From contig JAABSF010000001.1 of assembly GCA_011390535.1 (NCBI GenBank), positions 1-40,750 of the forward strand: a DNA stretch of 40,750 nucleotides, written 5' to 3'. This stretch comes from Deltaproteobacteria bacterium (lineage in GTDB: Bacteria > Myxococcota_A > Polyangia > HGW-17 > SLPX01). A program made the position numbers and the translations under genes. The number at the start of each line of letters is the position of its first letter. Position 1 is the first letter of the stretch. Positions 18,690-29,600 of the stretch are shown here, piece after piece. The notes beneath the pieces were generated by a model. It saw nothing but the letters and a program-made list of their open reading frames with translations. It was not told the DNA's origin and ran no database searches.

Positions 18690-19334
18690 GTGCGATTATT
18701 TATAATTAGTTTTTTGTTTTTTCTCTGGATGCCGCTTGGTTGTAGACCAAAAGATCCGATGCTAGGGGAAGGATTTGAAGATCGTTTTGATCGTAAGGCG
18801 CTTGGCGAAAAGTATTACGATACCATTGGAAGGTACAGAATAGTCGATGGGCGACTCAATATAGAGAAGGCATACAACCACCCGCTTTGGCTAAGAGTTC
18901 GTTTGCCTCATGACGTGGTGGTAGAATTGGAAGTAATGTCGCGGACCTCGGACGGAGATATTAAAGTTGAACTGTTCGGAGATGGGCGGAGTCATGCTTG
19001 GTCTCGTGGGTCTTATAAAGCTACGGGTTATGTCTTTTGTATGGGTGCATGGAAAAACTCCAAATCTTTCATTGCTCGGAAAGATGAGCACGGTAAAAAA
19101 GGACGGGATATAGTTAGCAGGAGCGATGTTGAGGCAAGGGTTCGTGTGGATAGAACGTATCATTGGAAGATCGTTAGAAAAGAAAAAGAGATTATATGGT
19201 ATGTTGATGGAGAGCTTTTTTTGAGCTTTGTGGATCCAGCGCCTCTTTATGGCCCAAAAAACGATCATTTTGGATTCAACAACTGGCAATCGGACGTGTA
19301 CTTTGATAACTTGAAAATTCGGCCTCTGAAATGA
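18690..19334 (+). CDS. Secreted protein (possible lipoprotein) with a concanavalin-A-like jelly-roll domain (LamG/DUF1080-type)
   Basis: The C-terminal ...YHWKIVRKEKEIIWYVDGELFLSFVDPAPLYGPKNDHFGFNNWQSDVYFDNLKIRPL is typical of this fold. I place the start at the GTG at 18690 (GAGG 6 nt upstream), which gives the signal peptide (M)RLFIISFLFFLWMPLGC. The longest ORF starts at the ATG at 18573, which has no RBS. Confidence 0.6.
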   Translation: MRLFIISFLFFLWMPLGCRPKDPMLGEGFEDRFDRKALGEKYYDTIGRYRIVDGRLNIEKAYNHPLWLRVRLPHDVVVELEVMSRTSDGDIKVELFGDGRSHAWSRGSYKATGYVFCMGAWKNSKSFIARKDEHGKKGRDIVSRSDVEARVRVDRTYHWKIVRKEKEIIWYVDGELFLSFVDPAPLYGPKNDHFGFNNWQSDVYFDNLKIRPLK

Positions 19335-19410
19335 ATGCAGTTTTATTATGAGGGTGTGAGTATCGGGTAACGTCGTTCAGAGAGAGCTTTTTTTGCTATG
19401 GAGAGGTTCC

Positions 19411-22400
19411 GTGGAACGGTTTGGAAAATATGAACTTTTAGCCAAGCTGGGTCAGGGAGGGATGGCGGAGGTATATCTTGCCAGGGCCACTTTGGCTGAA
19501 GGGCTACAGAAGCTTCTGACAATTAAAAAAATTCACCCGGCTTTTTCCGAAAATCCGCATTTTGTCTCTATGTTTAAACAAGAGGCTAAGATTTCCACTG
19601 AGCTGAATCATCCGAACATTGTACAGGTGTTTGATTTTGGAAAATTAGGGACGTCCTTCTTTCTAGCCATGGAATATGTTGAAGGGATGGATCTTATGCG
19701 TCTGATAAAAAAAGGGCGCAGACGTCTTCCCATAGGTTTGGCAGCCTATATAGTCCAGCAGCTCGCTCAGGGGCTCGATTATGCGCACAAAAAAAAGGAC
19801 AGTTTTGGCTCACATCTCGGAATAGTTCATCGAGATGTCAGCCCTCAAAACATTCTTGTCTCTTTTGATGGCGCAGTAAAAATAACGGATTTCGGTATAG
19901 CCAAGGCTCGCTCACATGAAGAGGAAAAAGGGGTCGTAAAAGGAAAGTTCCATTATATGGCTCCAGAACAAGCGCTTGGGCAAGAGGTAGACGCTCGAGC
20001 CGATATTTTTTCTACTGGGGTGGTTCTTTATGAGTTGGTTTGCGGAAGGACATTTTTTGCAGATGTAAAAGGTTCGAAGGTATTGGATGCCATCCGTAGC
20101 AAAGAAATTCCCTCACCGACAGAATTTCGTGAAGATATTCCCGATGGTTTGGTGGATATCATCATGCGGGCTGTAGCGAGGAATCCTGAGCAGCGATTTG
20201 GAACAGGCCGAGAGATGCAGACGGCATTGGTGCGGTTTCTTTATGCTCTTCATGGAGAGACTCAGGAGATCTATGATGCTGAAGCTTTGGCGGAGTTTTT
20301 GAGTGAGGAAATACCAGAAAAAGATAAAGTCAGCGCCGAGGCGCTTATTCGTTCATATGGTAGCGTTTCTAAACCTTCATCAATAGCTACACAAGCGTCT
20401 TTGGAAATCGGGGTGCAAGGAGATGTCCTCACCGACACAAAGTTGGTGGAGAGGAAAAAAATTGTTGTAATATCGGGAAGGTTTGAAGGTTGGGAGTCTT
20501 TTGCAGCCGAGGTAGGGAAAGGAAAGGCAAACAGGTTTCTTAAGGAATTGAAAAGAAATGCTGAAGATGTAGCTTATAAACTGGATGCTCGGATTAAGAG
20601 CTTTAGTGAGAGCGGGGTAAGTTTTGTTCTGGGTGTTCCCATTTCAGGAGAAAACGATTCTTCTAGAGGTATCAGGTTAGCCGGTACATTGGTGGAGTCT
20701 TGGGAGCAAGCTATCCATGATGCTTCGCGTAGGCTTGCAATTCGGTTTGGGCTGGCAAGAGGGCAGGCAGAAGTAAAGAGAGGGCATGCTGTTGGCTTTG
20801 AGTACAAGCTTTTGGGCAAGGTAGCTGATCTGAGTCTACTTCTTGCCGGACATGCAGATCCTGGGGGGGTTGTGGTGGGTGGTGGCGTTAGAAACGGGGC
20901 TCGGCATGAATGGGAGTTTGTGGAGATCGGGACCACGGATTTCAGGGGATTAGCGGCGGAAGACGGCACAGAAAGCGCAGTGGCTCGAAGCGTTAAAATG
21001 TATTCGGTCAAAGGCCCTAAACCCCGAGCGGAACGGCGAGGAAGTTTGCGCGGAAGTGATATGTTGATAGGGCGCGACCTGGAACTTCGGGGATTAAAAG
21101 ATGCATTTCGCCAAGTAGTGATGCATAGACGTTCCCGTGTTTTGGCAATTGTAGGAGAGGCGGGTGTTGGAAAGCGTAGTTTGGTGGATGGTTTTCTCGG
21201 CGATATGGAAGATGAACAGAATGTTGTTCTGAGGGCTACTGCGAAGCAGTGGGAGCAGAATTTACCTTATTCGGTGATAAGAGATCTTTGTCGGGATCTT
21301 TTCCAAGTTGAAGATTGGGCGACCAGAAAAGATCTTAAGGAGAAGATAGATTTATTTGTTGATAGAGTTTTCGATGGAGCAGGAGAAGACCTAAAAGACA
21401 TCAAAGAGGTTTTCTATTTGTTGATGGGGGCTGTTCCACCTGCACAACTTGCTCTACCAGCGGATCCTGAGCATCGTCAGAGGCGAGTCGGCAAGGCCCT
21501 TCAAAGTGTCTTAGTTCAGCTTGCGCGCCATAAACCTCTTGTCGTCGTTTTGGAAGAGTTTCATTGGGCGGATTTTCAGAGCAGACAATTGCTCAGGAAG
21601 TTCATCACAAGCCTACCCGATAGACCGATTTTGGCGATTATTACATCTAGGCCTGAAGACGATTTAAGAGAGATGTTCGGGCAAGGTTTGGTGGACCCGC
21701 TTTATCTGCAAGAATTAGGAGAAAACGAGAGCAGACAGCTTGTGTCTTTGATGTTTTTGGATCCCAAATCAGTCGAACCGTTAATCAATCAAATTCTGGC
21801 AAAGGGCGGAGGAAATCCATATTTTTTAAATGCCATATTGGAGTCACTGGTAGATCAAGGTATCTGTGAAACAAGCGATGGAGATCCGGAAGGACGGTTG
21901 GTCTGGAAGAAAAAAGATGTCACTGTAACATTTCCACCCACGGTGGAAGCTTTAGTGAGTGCAAGGTTGGATCAGCTCCCCGCAGAGGAACGATCCGTGT
22001 TGAGGAGAGCTTCTGTTTTGGGGAGATATTTTCAAGCGAAGAATCTATCGGCTTTGGTTGAGGGGGGTATAAGTAAGGCACTGGAGAGTTTGGTTTCTAG
22101 AGGACTTTTAGTTAAAGAAGAAGACGAAAGGTATCATTTTGCAAAACAAGTGATTTTGGATATTGCCCATCAAGGGCTTTCCAGCGGGGACATTAAACGG
22201 CTTCACAAAAAGGTAGCGGATTTAATGTCTGAGAGGGAAGAGAGTATAAGAGGCAGGGCTGCTTTGATTGCTTGGCATAACGAGTTAGCCGGGTATTTGA
22301 CCGAAGCGGGGAAATATTATTGGTATGCTGCTCGGGAAGCGCGCGATTTAAATGGAAATAAAGAGGCTTTTCATTTCTTGAATAAGGCGGCAAAGCTTAT

Positions 22401-23712
22401 AGATGTCGATGATAAGTCGACATTGTTTGAAGTTCACTGGAAAAGAGAAAAAATTCTTGGGGAATGGGGGAGAAGAAAACAACAAAAACAAACTATTGAA
22501 GAGCTTGAAAAAATAGCATCTATGATGCAAGAGACTTTATACACAGCTAAAGTATTAAGCCGATGGATGAATTATTTTCAAGTAGTGAGCAAACCAAAGG
22601 ATTCCCTTTCGATTTTTAACAAAGCGTGGGAGAAGGCTGAAAAATCCGGAGAGATTGATCTAAAGGCAGAGATTCTTCGTCTTAAGGCGAGAGCCTTAAA
22701 CGAGGTGGGAGAAAACACGGCTGCTCTTGAGGCTTTGAGAAAAGCTAGAAACCTATGTTCTCCTGAGGAGCAGACGACGGAGCCATGGGGCTGGGTATGG
22801 CATATCGAAGGCAATGTTTTACTTTATGTCGGAGATTATCGAAGCGCTGTTGCAGCATATACAAAGGCAAGAGAGATATATCGCCGGTTAGGACTTCGAA
22901 GACAAGAGGGTACAATCCTTAATAATATGGGATTCATTTCTTTGAATTTGGGGAGATTTGAGGAAGCCATAAAGTATCTAAAGGCTTCTTCTTCAATAGA
23001 TGTGGAGTTGGGCAACCGGGATGCTTTAGGTGTTAAGCTTTCCAATCTTGGACAAGTTTACAATAGTCTTGGGTGTTTGGACAAAGCGATGAAACACTTG
23101 TTGAAGGCTGAAGAGCTTTGTCGATCCGTTCAAGAATCGAGCTATCAAGCTGATGCTGTGATTTCAATCGGTCAAGTCCATATGAACCGAGGAGATTATA
23201 AAGCTGCTGTAGCTGAATTAAAAAGGGGTCTGCAAATAGCGATTGATGCAGATGGGCTTTACGACATTGTTCGGGCACAGATTTATCTATCCTCTGCTTT
23301 GGTTTCCGCTGGAGATTCAGCCCAAGAGGCCTATGAATTGGCGATGCAGGCCACCAAACATAGCAGAGATGCAAGGATGCCTCAGGGAGAAGTTTTTGGG
23401 CAGTCTATGGCTTCAAGAGCATTGATTTCCCTGGGACGGACCGAAGAAGCATTGGGTTTATCTGCTCAAGCAGTTGCCAGGCTCTCGACCTGTGGTCATG
23501 TAGCAGAGAGCGAAGTTGTGCTCTTGAATCATTCGATAGCTTTGATTAAAGCAGCTAGAGCCGAAGAAGCGAGGCCATATCTCGAAAAAGCTCTACAAGA
23601 GGTCAGAAAAAAGAAGGCTTCGATTACAAAAGAAGAGCACAAAAAAAGTTATTTGTCTGTGCCACCGGCCAAAAATATACTTCTTCTTTATAAAGAGCAT
23701 TTTAAGGACTAA
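19411..23712 (+). CDS. Multidomain Ser/Thr protein kinase: Hanks kinase, class III cyclase-like domain, P-loop NTPase (AAA_16/STAND-type), TPR array
   Basis: Kinase motifs: GQGGMAEVY, ..[23 protein letters not shown]. The cyclase-like segment is ...[14 protein letters not shown]...[10 protein letters not shown].... Walker A is GEAGVGKRS (21154-21180). The C-terminal ~500 aa are TPR-like. I place the start at the GTG at 19411 (GGAGAGG upstream); an alternative TTG lies at 19393. Confidence 0.85.
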   Translation: MERFGKYELLAKLGQGGMAEVYLARATLAEGLQKLLTIKKIHPAFSENPHFVSMFKQEAKISTELNHPNIVQVFDFGKLGTSFFLAMEYVEGMDLMRLIKKGRRRLPIGLAAYIVQQLAQGLDYAHKKKDSFGSHLGIVHRDVSPQNILVSFDGAVKITDFGIAKARSHEEEKGVVKGKFHYMAPEQALGQEVDARADIFSTGVVLYELVCGRTFFADVKGSKVLDAIRSKEIPSPTEFREDIPDGLVDIIMRAVARNPEQRFGTGREMQTALVRFLYALHGETQEIYDAEALAEFLSEEIPEKDKVSAEALIRSYGSVSKPSSIATQASLEIGVQGDVLTDTKLVERKKIVVISGRFEGWESFAAEVGKGKANRFLKELKRNAEDVAYKLDARIKSFSESGVSFVLGVPISGENDSSRGIRLAGTLVESWEQAIHDASRRLAIRFGLARGQAEVKRGHAVGFEYKLLGKVADLSLLLAGHADPGGVVVGGGVRNGARHEWEFVEIGTTDFRGLAAEDGTESAVARSVKMYSVKGPKPRAERRGSLRGSDMLIGRDLELRGLKDAFRQVVMHRRSRVLAIVGEAGVGKRSLVDGFLGDMEDEQNVVLRATAKQWEQNLPYSVIRDLCRDLFQVEDWATRKDLKEKIDLFVDRVFDGAGEDLKDIKEVFYLLMGAVPPAQLALPADPEHRQRRVGKALQSVLVQLARHKPLVVVLEEFHWADFQSRQLLRKFITSLPDRPILAIITSRPEDDLREMFGQGLVDPLYLQELGENESRQLVSLMFLDPKSVEPLINQILAKGGGNPYFLNAILESLVDQGICETSDGDPEGRLVWKKKDVTVTFPPTVEALVSARLDQLPAEERSVLRRASVLGRYFQAKNLSALVEGGISKALESLVSRGLLVKEEDERYHFAKQVILDIAHQGLSSGDIKRLHKKVADLMSEREESIRGRAALIAWHNELAGYLTEAGKYYWYAAREARDLNGNKEAFHFLNKAAKLIDVDDKSTLFEVHWKREKILGEWGRRKQQKQTIEELEKIASMMQETLYTAKVLSRWMNYFQVVSKPKDSLSIFNKAWEKAEKSGEIDLKAEILRLKARALNEVGENTAALEALRKARNLCSPEEQTTEPWGWVWHIEGNVLLYVGDYRSAVAAYTKAREIYRRLGLRRQEGTILNNMGFISLNLGRFEEAIKYLKASSSIDVELGNRDALGVKLSNLGQVYNSLGCLDKAMKHLLKAEELCRSVQESSYQADAVISIGQVHMNRGDYKAAVAELKRGLQIAIDADGLYDIVRAQIYLSSALVSAGDSAQEAYELAMQATKHSRDARMPQGEVFGQSMASRALISLGRTEEALGLSAQAVARLSTCGHVAESEVVLLNHSIALIKAARAEEARPYLEKALQEVRKKKASITKEEHKKSYLSVPPAKNILLLYKEHFKD

Positions 23713-24052
23713 TTGCGTTTTCTTTATTTACGAAGACAACCGTTGGCTGGAAACCTTTTATGTCTTTATCTTCAATTTCAGCAAAAGTAGCTATTATTAC
23801 AAGGTTTCCAGGGTTGATTAAATGTGCCGCTGCTCCGTTGATGCAGATGACGCCGCTCCGGCGTTTAGCTGGTAGAGCATAGGTTGTGAGCCGGGCCCCA
23901 TTGGTTACGTCCCAAATATGGACCTCTTCATATGGAACAATGTCAGCTGCATCCATCAAATGCTCATCTATACTGACGCTGCCCTCATAATCAACATCGG
24001 CTTGGGTTACGGTGGCTCTGTGAATTTTTGATTTGAATAATCTTCGTTTCAT
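23702..24052 (-). CDS. panD: Aspartate 1-decarboxylase proenzyme
   Basis: [38 protein letters not shown]... is the canonical PanD N-terminus and includes the G-S self-cleavage site (YEGS). The protein is 116 aa from the ATG at 24052. Confidence 0.93.
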   Translation of the reverse strand: MKRRLFKSKIHRATVTQADVDYEGSVSIDEHLMDAADIVPYEEVHIWDVTNGARLTTYALPAKRRSGVICINGAAAHLINPGNLVIIATFAEIEDKDIKGFQPTVVFVNKENAISP

Positions 24053-24473
24053 GATCTTGATTTTACCCAATGGCTGAAGGATCACGTAAGGAAGACAACT
24101 AAAGGAGGACTTTTATCCGTTCGACCTTTGCTGTCTCGGCCCGATACGGGTCCAAGCAGCCTTCAAAAAAATGGTCTGGAATATTCGTCTTTTCTCTACC
24201 TATGAAGGCTCAACATTTTTCTTTCGGCGTATAATTCAACTTTGTGTGCATATTATTTGCAATTAAATCATTTCGTCAAGGGTGTATCTAGAATAGAGTC
24301 CGATTCTGTGAAGTAAGTCTATCCACTCGGCTCTGCAGCGAGATTTGGCCCCGGCCTGATAGGTTCATTTTTTGACTGAAAAAGAGAGGAATGGCGAAAG
24401 AGGGATCGGCCGGGCGGGGGAGTCTGCGCAGGGCTCGAATCAGCCGGACGTCAAAGAACTTAGCACCTTTTGG

Positions 24474-24752
24474 TTATCGACAGGGGTTCAAATCCGGGTA
24501 TTTAGTAAATGCCCAACAGCTGCGCATATTTACACAATCTGTTGCGCAGTTGGAGAGGTTTTTCTTTTCTTCGATTGTGAGGTTTATGCAAACGTCGTAA
24601 CAACGATCCAGATCAGCGGTGGGTCCACCGCATTCAAGACACTTTGCCGCTTCATCGCAGAAAGCTTTGCAGGCGTCTTTGTCGTCTGTGCAAGAAATTG
24701 TGGAGAAAAGCCCTATTGTTATAAAAAAAACCAAGAAAATTCGCCGGGTCAT
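24474..24752 (-). CDS. Small Cys-rich secreted protein (92 aa, 10 Cys), hypothetical
   Basis: MTRRIFLVFFITIGLFSTISC... is a signal sequence, followed by a Cys-rich mature part (CKAFCDEAAKCLECGG...CYDVC...CATDC...C...C). The start is the ATG at 24752. Confidence 0.55.
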   Translation of the reverse strand: MTRRIFLVFFITIGLFSTISCTDDKDACKAFCDEAAKCLECGGPTADLDRCYDVCINLTIEEKKNLSNCATDCVNMRSCWAFTKYPDLNPCR

Positions 24753-24850
24753 TCTACCAAAAAAACGAAGAGGATAATTGCTCACATTTTTGAATGTTTT
24801 ATAGTTCATTGTAATAACCACTTGACGGAGAGTAACTGTTTGCTATCTCA

Positions 24851-25681
24851 GTGCAGATGTTTGCACGGACCAAAAGAGAATACAAGAGGATCTTGGGTAT
24901 TGCGCTTGGGGGGGGGCGTGGGAAGAACACCGTTGTAACCTGTTTAGATCTTACCGGTGATAAACCCAAAGTGGTCATGGTTAGTCCCAGAGATGAAGCC
25001 GGGAGGCTTTGGTATGATAATGTCTTGTCAAATTTTGTCATGGGTTCTTCCCAGACCACCCTATTGGCTTTGGATGCGCCGTTAACGTTGCCTGCATGTG
25101 TTCGATGCAAAGAAAGAATATGCACTGGTGTGTTGGATTGTCCATACCCGGCAGTTAAGTGGTTTGTGAGAAATGCAGTTGGAAAAGAGAGCTTTCCCAG
25201 AAAGCGATTTGGGCGGAAACCAGAGTTTACTCCATATACACAAAGAGTCTGCGAGAAATTTCTGGAAAAACAATATGACATAAAAGTTAGAGAGGGGCTG
25301 GGATCCAGCATTGGGCCGATAACTGCCCGGGCTCAGCATTTGTTAAGACGTTGGTCTCCAGATTACGTGCTACATCATAACTTGTTGGAGGTGAGTCCAA
25401 AGGTAACGATTAGTTTGGCTTTTGGAAAGTCCATTGCGCTTGATTATAGGAACGGGCCGGAAACATGGGAAACAAGAGCTTTCATTTTGGAACATTTGGG
25501 GGAATGGGTTGATTTTGTGGTATGGAGAGAGATGATTCTCCAAAGCAGGAGACGTTTCAAATCCTTGATATGTGCAATTACAGCCTTTTTGTGGTTGAAG
25601 CATGGGTGGGATTATCCTGAAGGGATGTCGGAGATAGGAGAGGAAGATGGATGGATCTGGGCGCCTATGGACGGTTTGTAG
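24851..25681 (+). CDS. DUF429-like (RNase H-fold) protein with an inserted Cys cluster
   Basis: The layout ILGIALGGG...(N-terminal strand)...LLALDAPLTLP...EVSPKV...FKSLICAITAFLW resembles DUF429 family blocks. It has an extra CVRCKERICTGVLDC cluster. The call is by eye only. Confidence 0.5.
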   Translation: MQMFARTKREYKRILGIALGGGRGKNTVVTCLDLTGDKPKVVMVSPRDEAGRLWYDNVLSNFVMGSSQTTLLALDAPLTLPACVRCKERICTGVLDCPYPAVKWFVRNAVGKESFPRKRFGRKPEFTPYTQRVCEKFLEKQYDIKVREGLGSSIGPITARAQHLLRRWSPDYVLHHNLLEVSPKVTISLAFGKSIALDYRNGPETWETRAFILEHLGEWVDFVVWREMILQSRRRFKSLICAITAFLWLKHGWDYPEGMSEIGEEDGWIWAPMDGL

Positions 25682-26330
25682 ACCCTCTTTTTATTGCCTC
25701 CTGCCCTTGTACCGTAAGGGCTGCTGATCCTCGATCTCGAAGAAATTCCAAAAAAGCCAAGGCCGATGTCAAATCGACAGCAGGGATGACATCAATAAGC
25801 TCTTTTGCTTGTCGCCGGAGGACTTCTGCAGGACTCATCGACCCTAGTAATGGTTTAGGTAGCTCATTCTCTTCTTCTTCAGGCAGTTCTACAGTGCCCC
25901 ATGGTGGGGGAGTTTCTGTTTCTATCTCTTTTTCTGTGATCCATTCATTGATGTATGCGTGCAGCTTGTCTGAGCGGTAGTTAAACCAACGCTCTCTTTC
26001 ATGTGGATAGTGTAACAAAACATCTTTGAAGCGACGAAAGGCACCTTTTCCATCAATAGCAATAACTAGCCTCTCCTGAAGGTCTTCATCCTCAATGGAT
26101 GCTACAAAGTGCTCCATCCAACAATACTGCTCGCGGGAGGTTGCCGGATCTATAAAAAGATATCTCTCTTCATCGTTAATGATGACAGCTCGTCGCTGCT
26201 CATCTTCAGGAACGCCATCTACAAAAACGAGTATTTTGCCTGTTTCTAAATCCAAATAGCTGCTCATATTAGGTGCATTACGTTCGAAAGCGGCTTCCAA
26301 CTCTTTCCAATTAACCGGTATTGATGACAT
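25665..26330 (-). CDS. UPF0158-family-like protein
   Basis: ...YLDLETGKILVFVDG...YLFIDPATSREQYCWMEHF...IDGKGAFRRFKDVLLHYPHERERWFNYR... matches the UPF0158 pattern by eye. The tail is acidic and disordered. Confidence 0.5.
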   Translation of the reverse strand: MSSIPVNWKELEAAFERNAPNMSSYLDLETGKILVFVDGVPEDEQRRAVIINDEERYLFIDPATSREQYCWMEHFVASIEDEDLQERLVIAIDGKGAFRRFKDVLLHYPHERERWFNYRSDKLHAYINEWITEKEIETETPPPWGTVELPEEEENELPKPLLGSMSPAEVLRRQAKELIDVIPAVDLTSALAFLEFLRDRGSAALTVQGQEAIKRGSTNRP

Positions 26331-26666
26331 CAGTCTAAGCTCCCATTACTATTTGTTAATCTACTCGAAAAAACGAGTCATGCAGTCTATCTATTTTCAA
26401 TTTGTCGAGGTGTTAGAAAACCAGATAGAAGCAATAGTATAATTATTGTTTATTTCAACTTTTTTAAACCACTGTGTGGTGACGTGATTATCATTTCAAA
26501 GGGAATGGATCAAGATCTGCGACATTATAAGTGCGCGTTTTCGCCAAGAATGAGACAAAAACAAGATATTTATTTTCAATAACGTCAGGTCCACCTGCGA
26601 TAAGGACAGGATTGACTTTGCTCAATTTTTTGAAACGGCCAGAGGAGACGAAAGTTTTTTTAATGT

Positions 26667-29600
26667 TCAGGGTTCTTCATCTGGTTCCGGGATGGTCTCT
26701 TCCAGGATATCTTCTGGTTCAACAATGTCTTCAGCTTCGATTATATCGGCATCTGTCAGCTCTCTTTCATCATTGATTAGAGATTCTAGAAATCTACGAG
26801 TAAAAGAAGTAACTACACTCTCGCCCTCTTCTTCGAATGGGCTCTTAGCGTCTTTGTTTACTTTTTTTGCCTCTTCAATGAGATCCATTGCCCTGTTGGC
26901 AACCGCCGATCCAGGGACGCTTTGGCTTTCCGCTAAATCTTCCAGCGATTTTGTTTGGGATGATGATGCAGCTATATGAGCGAGCGCCCAGGATATTCGT
27001 TCTTTCCCCTCTGCGTTGACTTTCGGTATTTTCGCCGTAAGGCTCATGACGCTGCCGGGGCCGATTTCGCCTAAAACACGTGCGATTTCCTTCCATATTC
27101 CTGTGGGTTCAGTCAGCAGGCATTCAATAAGCGGTTCTATTGCTTTACCGGAGCGAATTGCCCCCAGCGCCAGAGCAGATCCTTGACGCAAGAAAGATTT
27201 ATTGCTTTTAAGATCATCGATGAAATATGATTCTGCCTTTTCTCCGAAAGAGACCATCATGGGCATAATCTGAAGGACTTCTTGCCTCGTCATGAGTCGC
27301 ATAGCTTCAAAAAGTGGTTTTATGGATGATGCATCCTTACGTTCACACAAAATCATGGCTGCCGAGAGCCGGGATTGTTTGTCGTCTAGTTTGTCCAACA
27401 GGCCATCGTCGGATATGTTTCTCAGATTGTTCAGGTCGTTTTGTAGTGCTTCATCAACGTTCTTCTCCCAGACAGGGGAAGCATTGCTTTTTTGTGAAGC
27501 TTTTTCGGAGTCGTCTACGAGATCGCTATTAAGACTTACAGATGAACCGGATTTTTCTTTTTCACTCTCTTTGTCGATAAGATCATTCTGGTCATCATCA
27601 GTAGCGCTTGATTCGGTTTCATTAGGAGACGCGTGAGTGGTTTCTTGGCTTTCCTCTGTTTTTTCTTTTTTCTCATCAGCAGAGTGAAGTTTCTTTTCTG
27701 CTATTGATTCTTGGAGCTCTTTTATTCTTTGCTCTCCCTTCTTTTCAAGGGGCACCCCTTTCTTTTCTCCTTCTTTTGCTAGAGTTTTCCAGTTTTTAAG
27801 CTCCTCTTCAAGGGTTAGGTCGTTCCTATTTTGTTCAAAGATCACATGGGTGAAGTTGGCCATACATGTTCTTATTAGATCTTTTTTTGAGGTCACAAAA
27901 CCTTTGTCGAGCGCCCATTCCAACAGCACAGGGGGCAACCAGATCCCTTTTTCCATGGAGGCTTTTACTATTCTGTTTTTAATCTTTCTAAGCCATATGT
28001 TAGGAAACGATTGGACGAATATGAGATTCCACTGTCGATCCGGTTCTAACCAAGGAGTTAATATCTCGAGAGCGTCTTTTACTTTTCGTGGCGAATCCAA
28101 GTCGATAAATGTTTTTTCATTGAAATCGGGAGATTCTGTCAGCCATTCGTTTTTCAGGTTACTTTTCCATACGTCCATTGCACTAGAATAGTCGGGCTCT
28201 GTGCTGCCTAAACTGGTTAGTATCTCTGTTGCTTCTTTACGGATCATGCGTGTGTTTTCTTCTAAGGGAACATGGATCTCTCTTCTGAAAACAGGGCTCA
28301 GATCTTGGTCATAAAAATCCAAATGGAAACGAAAGTCCTTTCCAAGGGTTTCAATTAGATCTAGATGTTTTTCGTCCAATATGTCGAAGGGCCAGTGTTG
28401 GTCAAAGCCCGGTTTTTCGGAGGAAGAAATTGTAAAGACAACCAGGGGATAAGTTGGTGTGGCAAAAAGTTGCAACATCACATTTGGGTCGGTCCCCAAA
28501 AAGGCCTCTAAAACCTCGGGTTGCAACCGTGCTGCAAAACAGACTATGTCTCCATCTCTGTATATGTGGTGGGTTTCGTCTGTTTCCTTCCAATGGTGTA
28601 GGTTTTCAGGGAGATCTTCTCCCTGGATATTTGTAGGTTTTATGGCCGAGTCGTCCGCGTCATTCGAATCATCCGAATCAGTTCGATCTAAATTTTCTGA
28701 TGTGTCTTTTCTTTCAGAGGCTGATGGATGAATTATTTTTGCACCGGCTTTATCTGAATCTAAAATTTGGGTAGGAGGGGATAGCTCTGGAAAAGAATCC
28801 GATACAGGTTTTTCCTCCAAAAGGCTCTCTTCATCTACAATATTTACTGGGGCAGTGGCAGCCGGACCGGAGTCCTCTTCGAAGGGATCTTTATCGTTGA
28901 TGTTCCATGTTTCCAAGCTGTCAAAATCGTCTAAAATAGCTTCGGCGTCGGCTTGTAGGAGGGATCTTGCATCCTGGCTTTCGCTAAAAATATCAGCAGG
29001 TTCTGAGTCGGAAGCAAAAGAGCTTTTTTGAGGTTTGCCCACATCCAGTTCGTTAGTGGTTCTTATTCTTTTCTTGGGAGGAGGTGGTGAACTAATACGT
29101 CTGCCATTTAGTTCTCCTCTTTCCGGAGCTTTTCTTGAAAAATGGTCTCTACTTAAAGCTATATTTTCTCCGTTTTTGAAATAGCGGGAAGGTGGTGGGC
29201 GCACCGGAGTGGTTTCTATGTGAGGAGATTTTGCCGATTCCACCACCCATGAGAGATCTTCATTCCCGTATACGACATTGAACTGATGGACATAAAAGGG
29301 AATTGTGTGCTCTCTGTCTTCTGTCAACTTAGATAAAACGGCGCTTCTTTCTTCCAGTTCTCTGCAACGAAAAGCTTCGGGTAATACCAAAATAAAGAGC
29401 TTTAGAGTTTCATCATGATAGATTACTGGTATGGGCACAGGATAAAGCTCATCGTCGTCACGCAGGCGCACCCAGTTTAAAGTCCCCGAACATAATCTCT
29501 CCGCCAGCGCCGGGTCTGTTGTAGCATTGACCGCGGTATGAACTCTGACAGAAGTTATCTGTCCGGAGGGGGTGGAAAAATGGACTGATTCAAGCCTGGT

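Noticed and set aside
24485-24495. tRNA T-loop-like string GGTTCAAATCC
   Set aside because: The flanking bases do not form a 5-bp T-stem (AGGGG against CCGGG mismatches), and there is no acceptor or anticodon arm. The string lies inside the small Cys-rich CDS, where it encodes PDLNP.
24372-24938. 188-aa and 69-aa + strand ORFs across the GC-rich island and antisense to the small Cys-rich gene
   Set aside because: There is no RBS and the sequence looks like junk. The minus-strand frame has a proper signal peptide and Cys pattern, and the + ORF would run into the DUF429-like gene's promoter and start.
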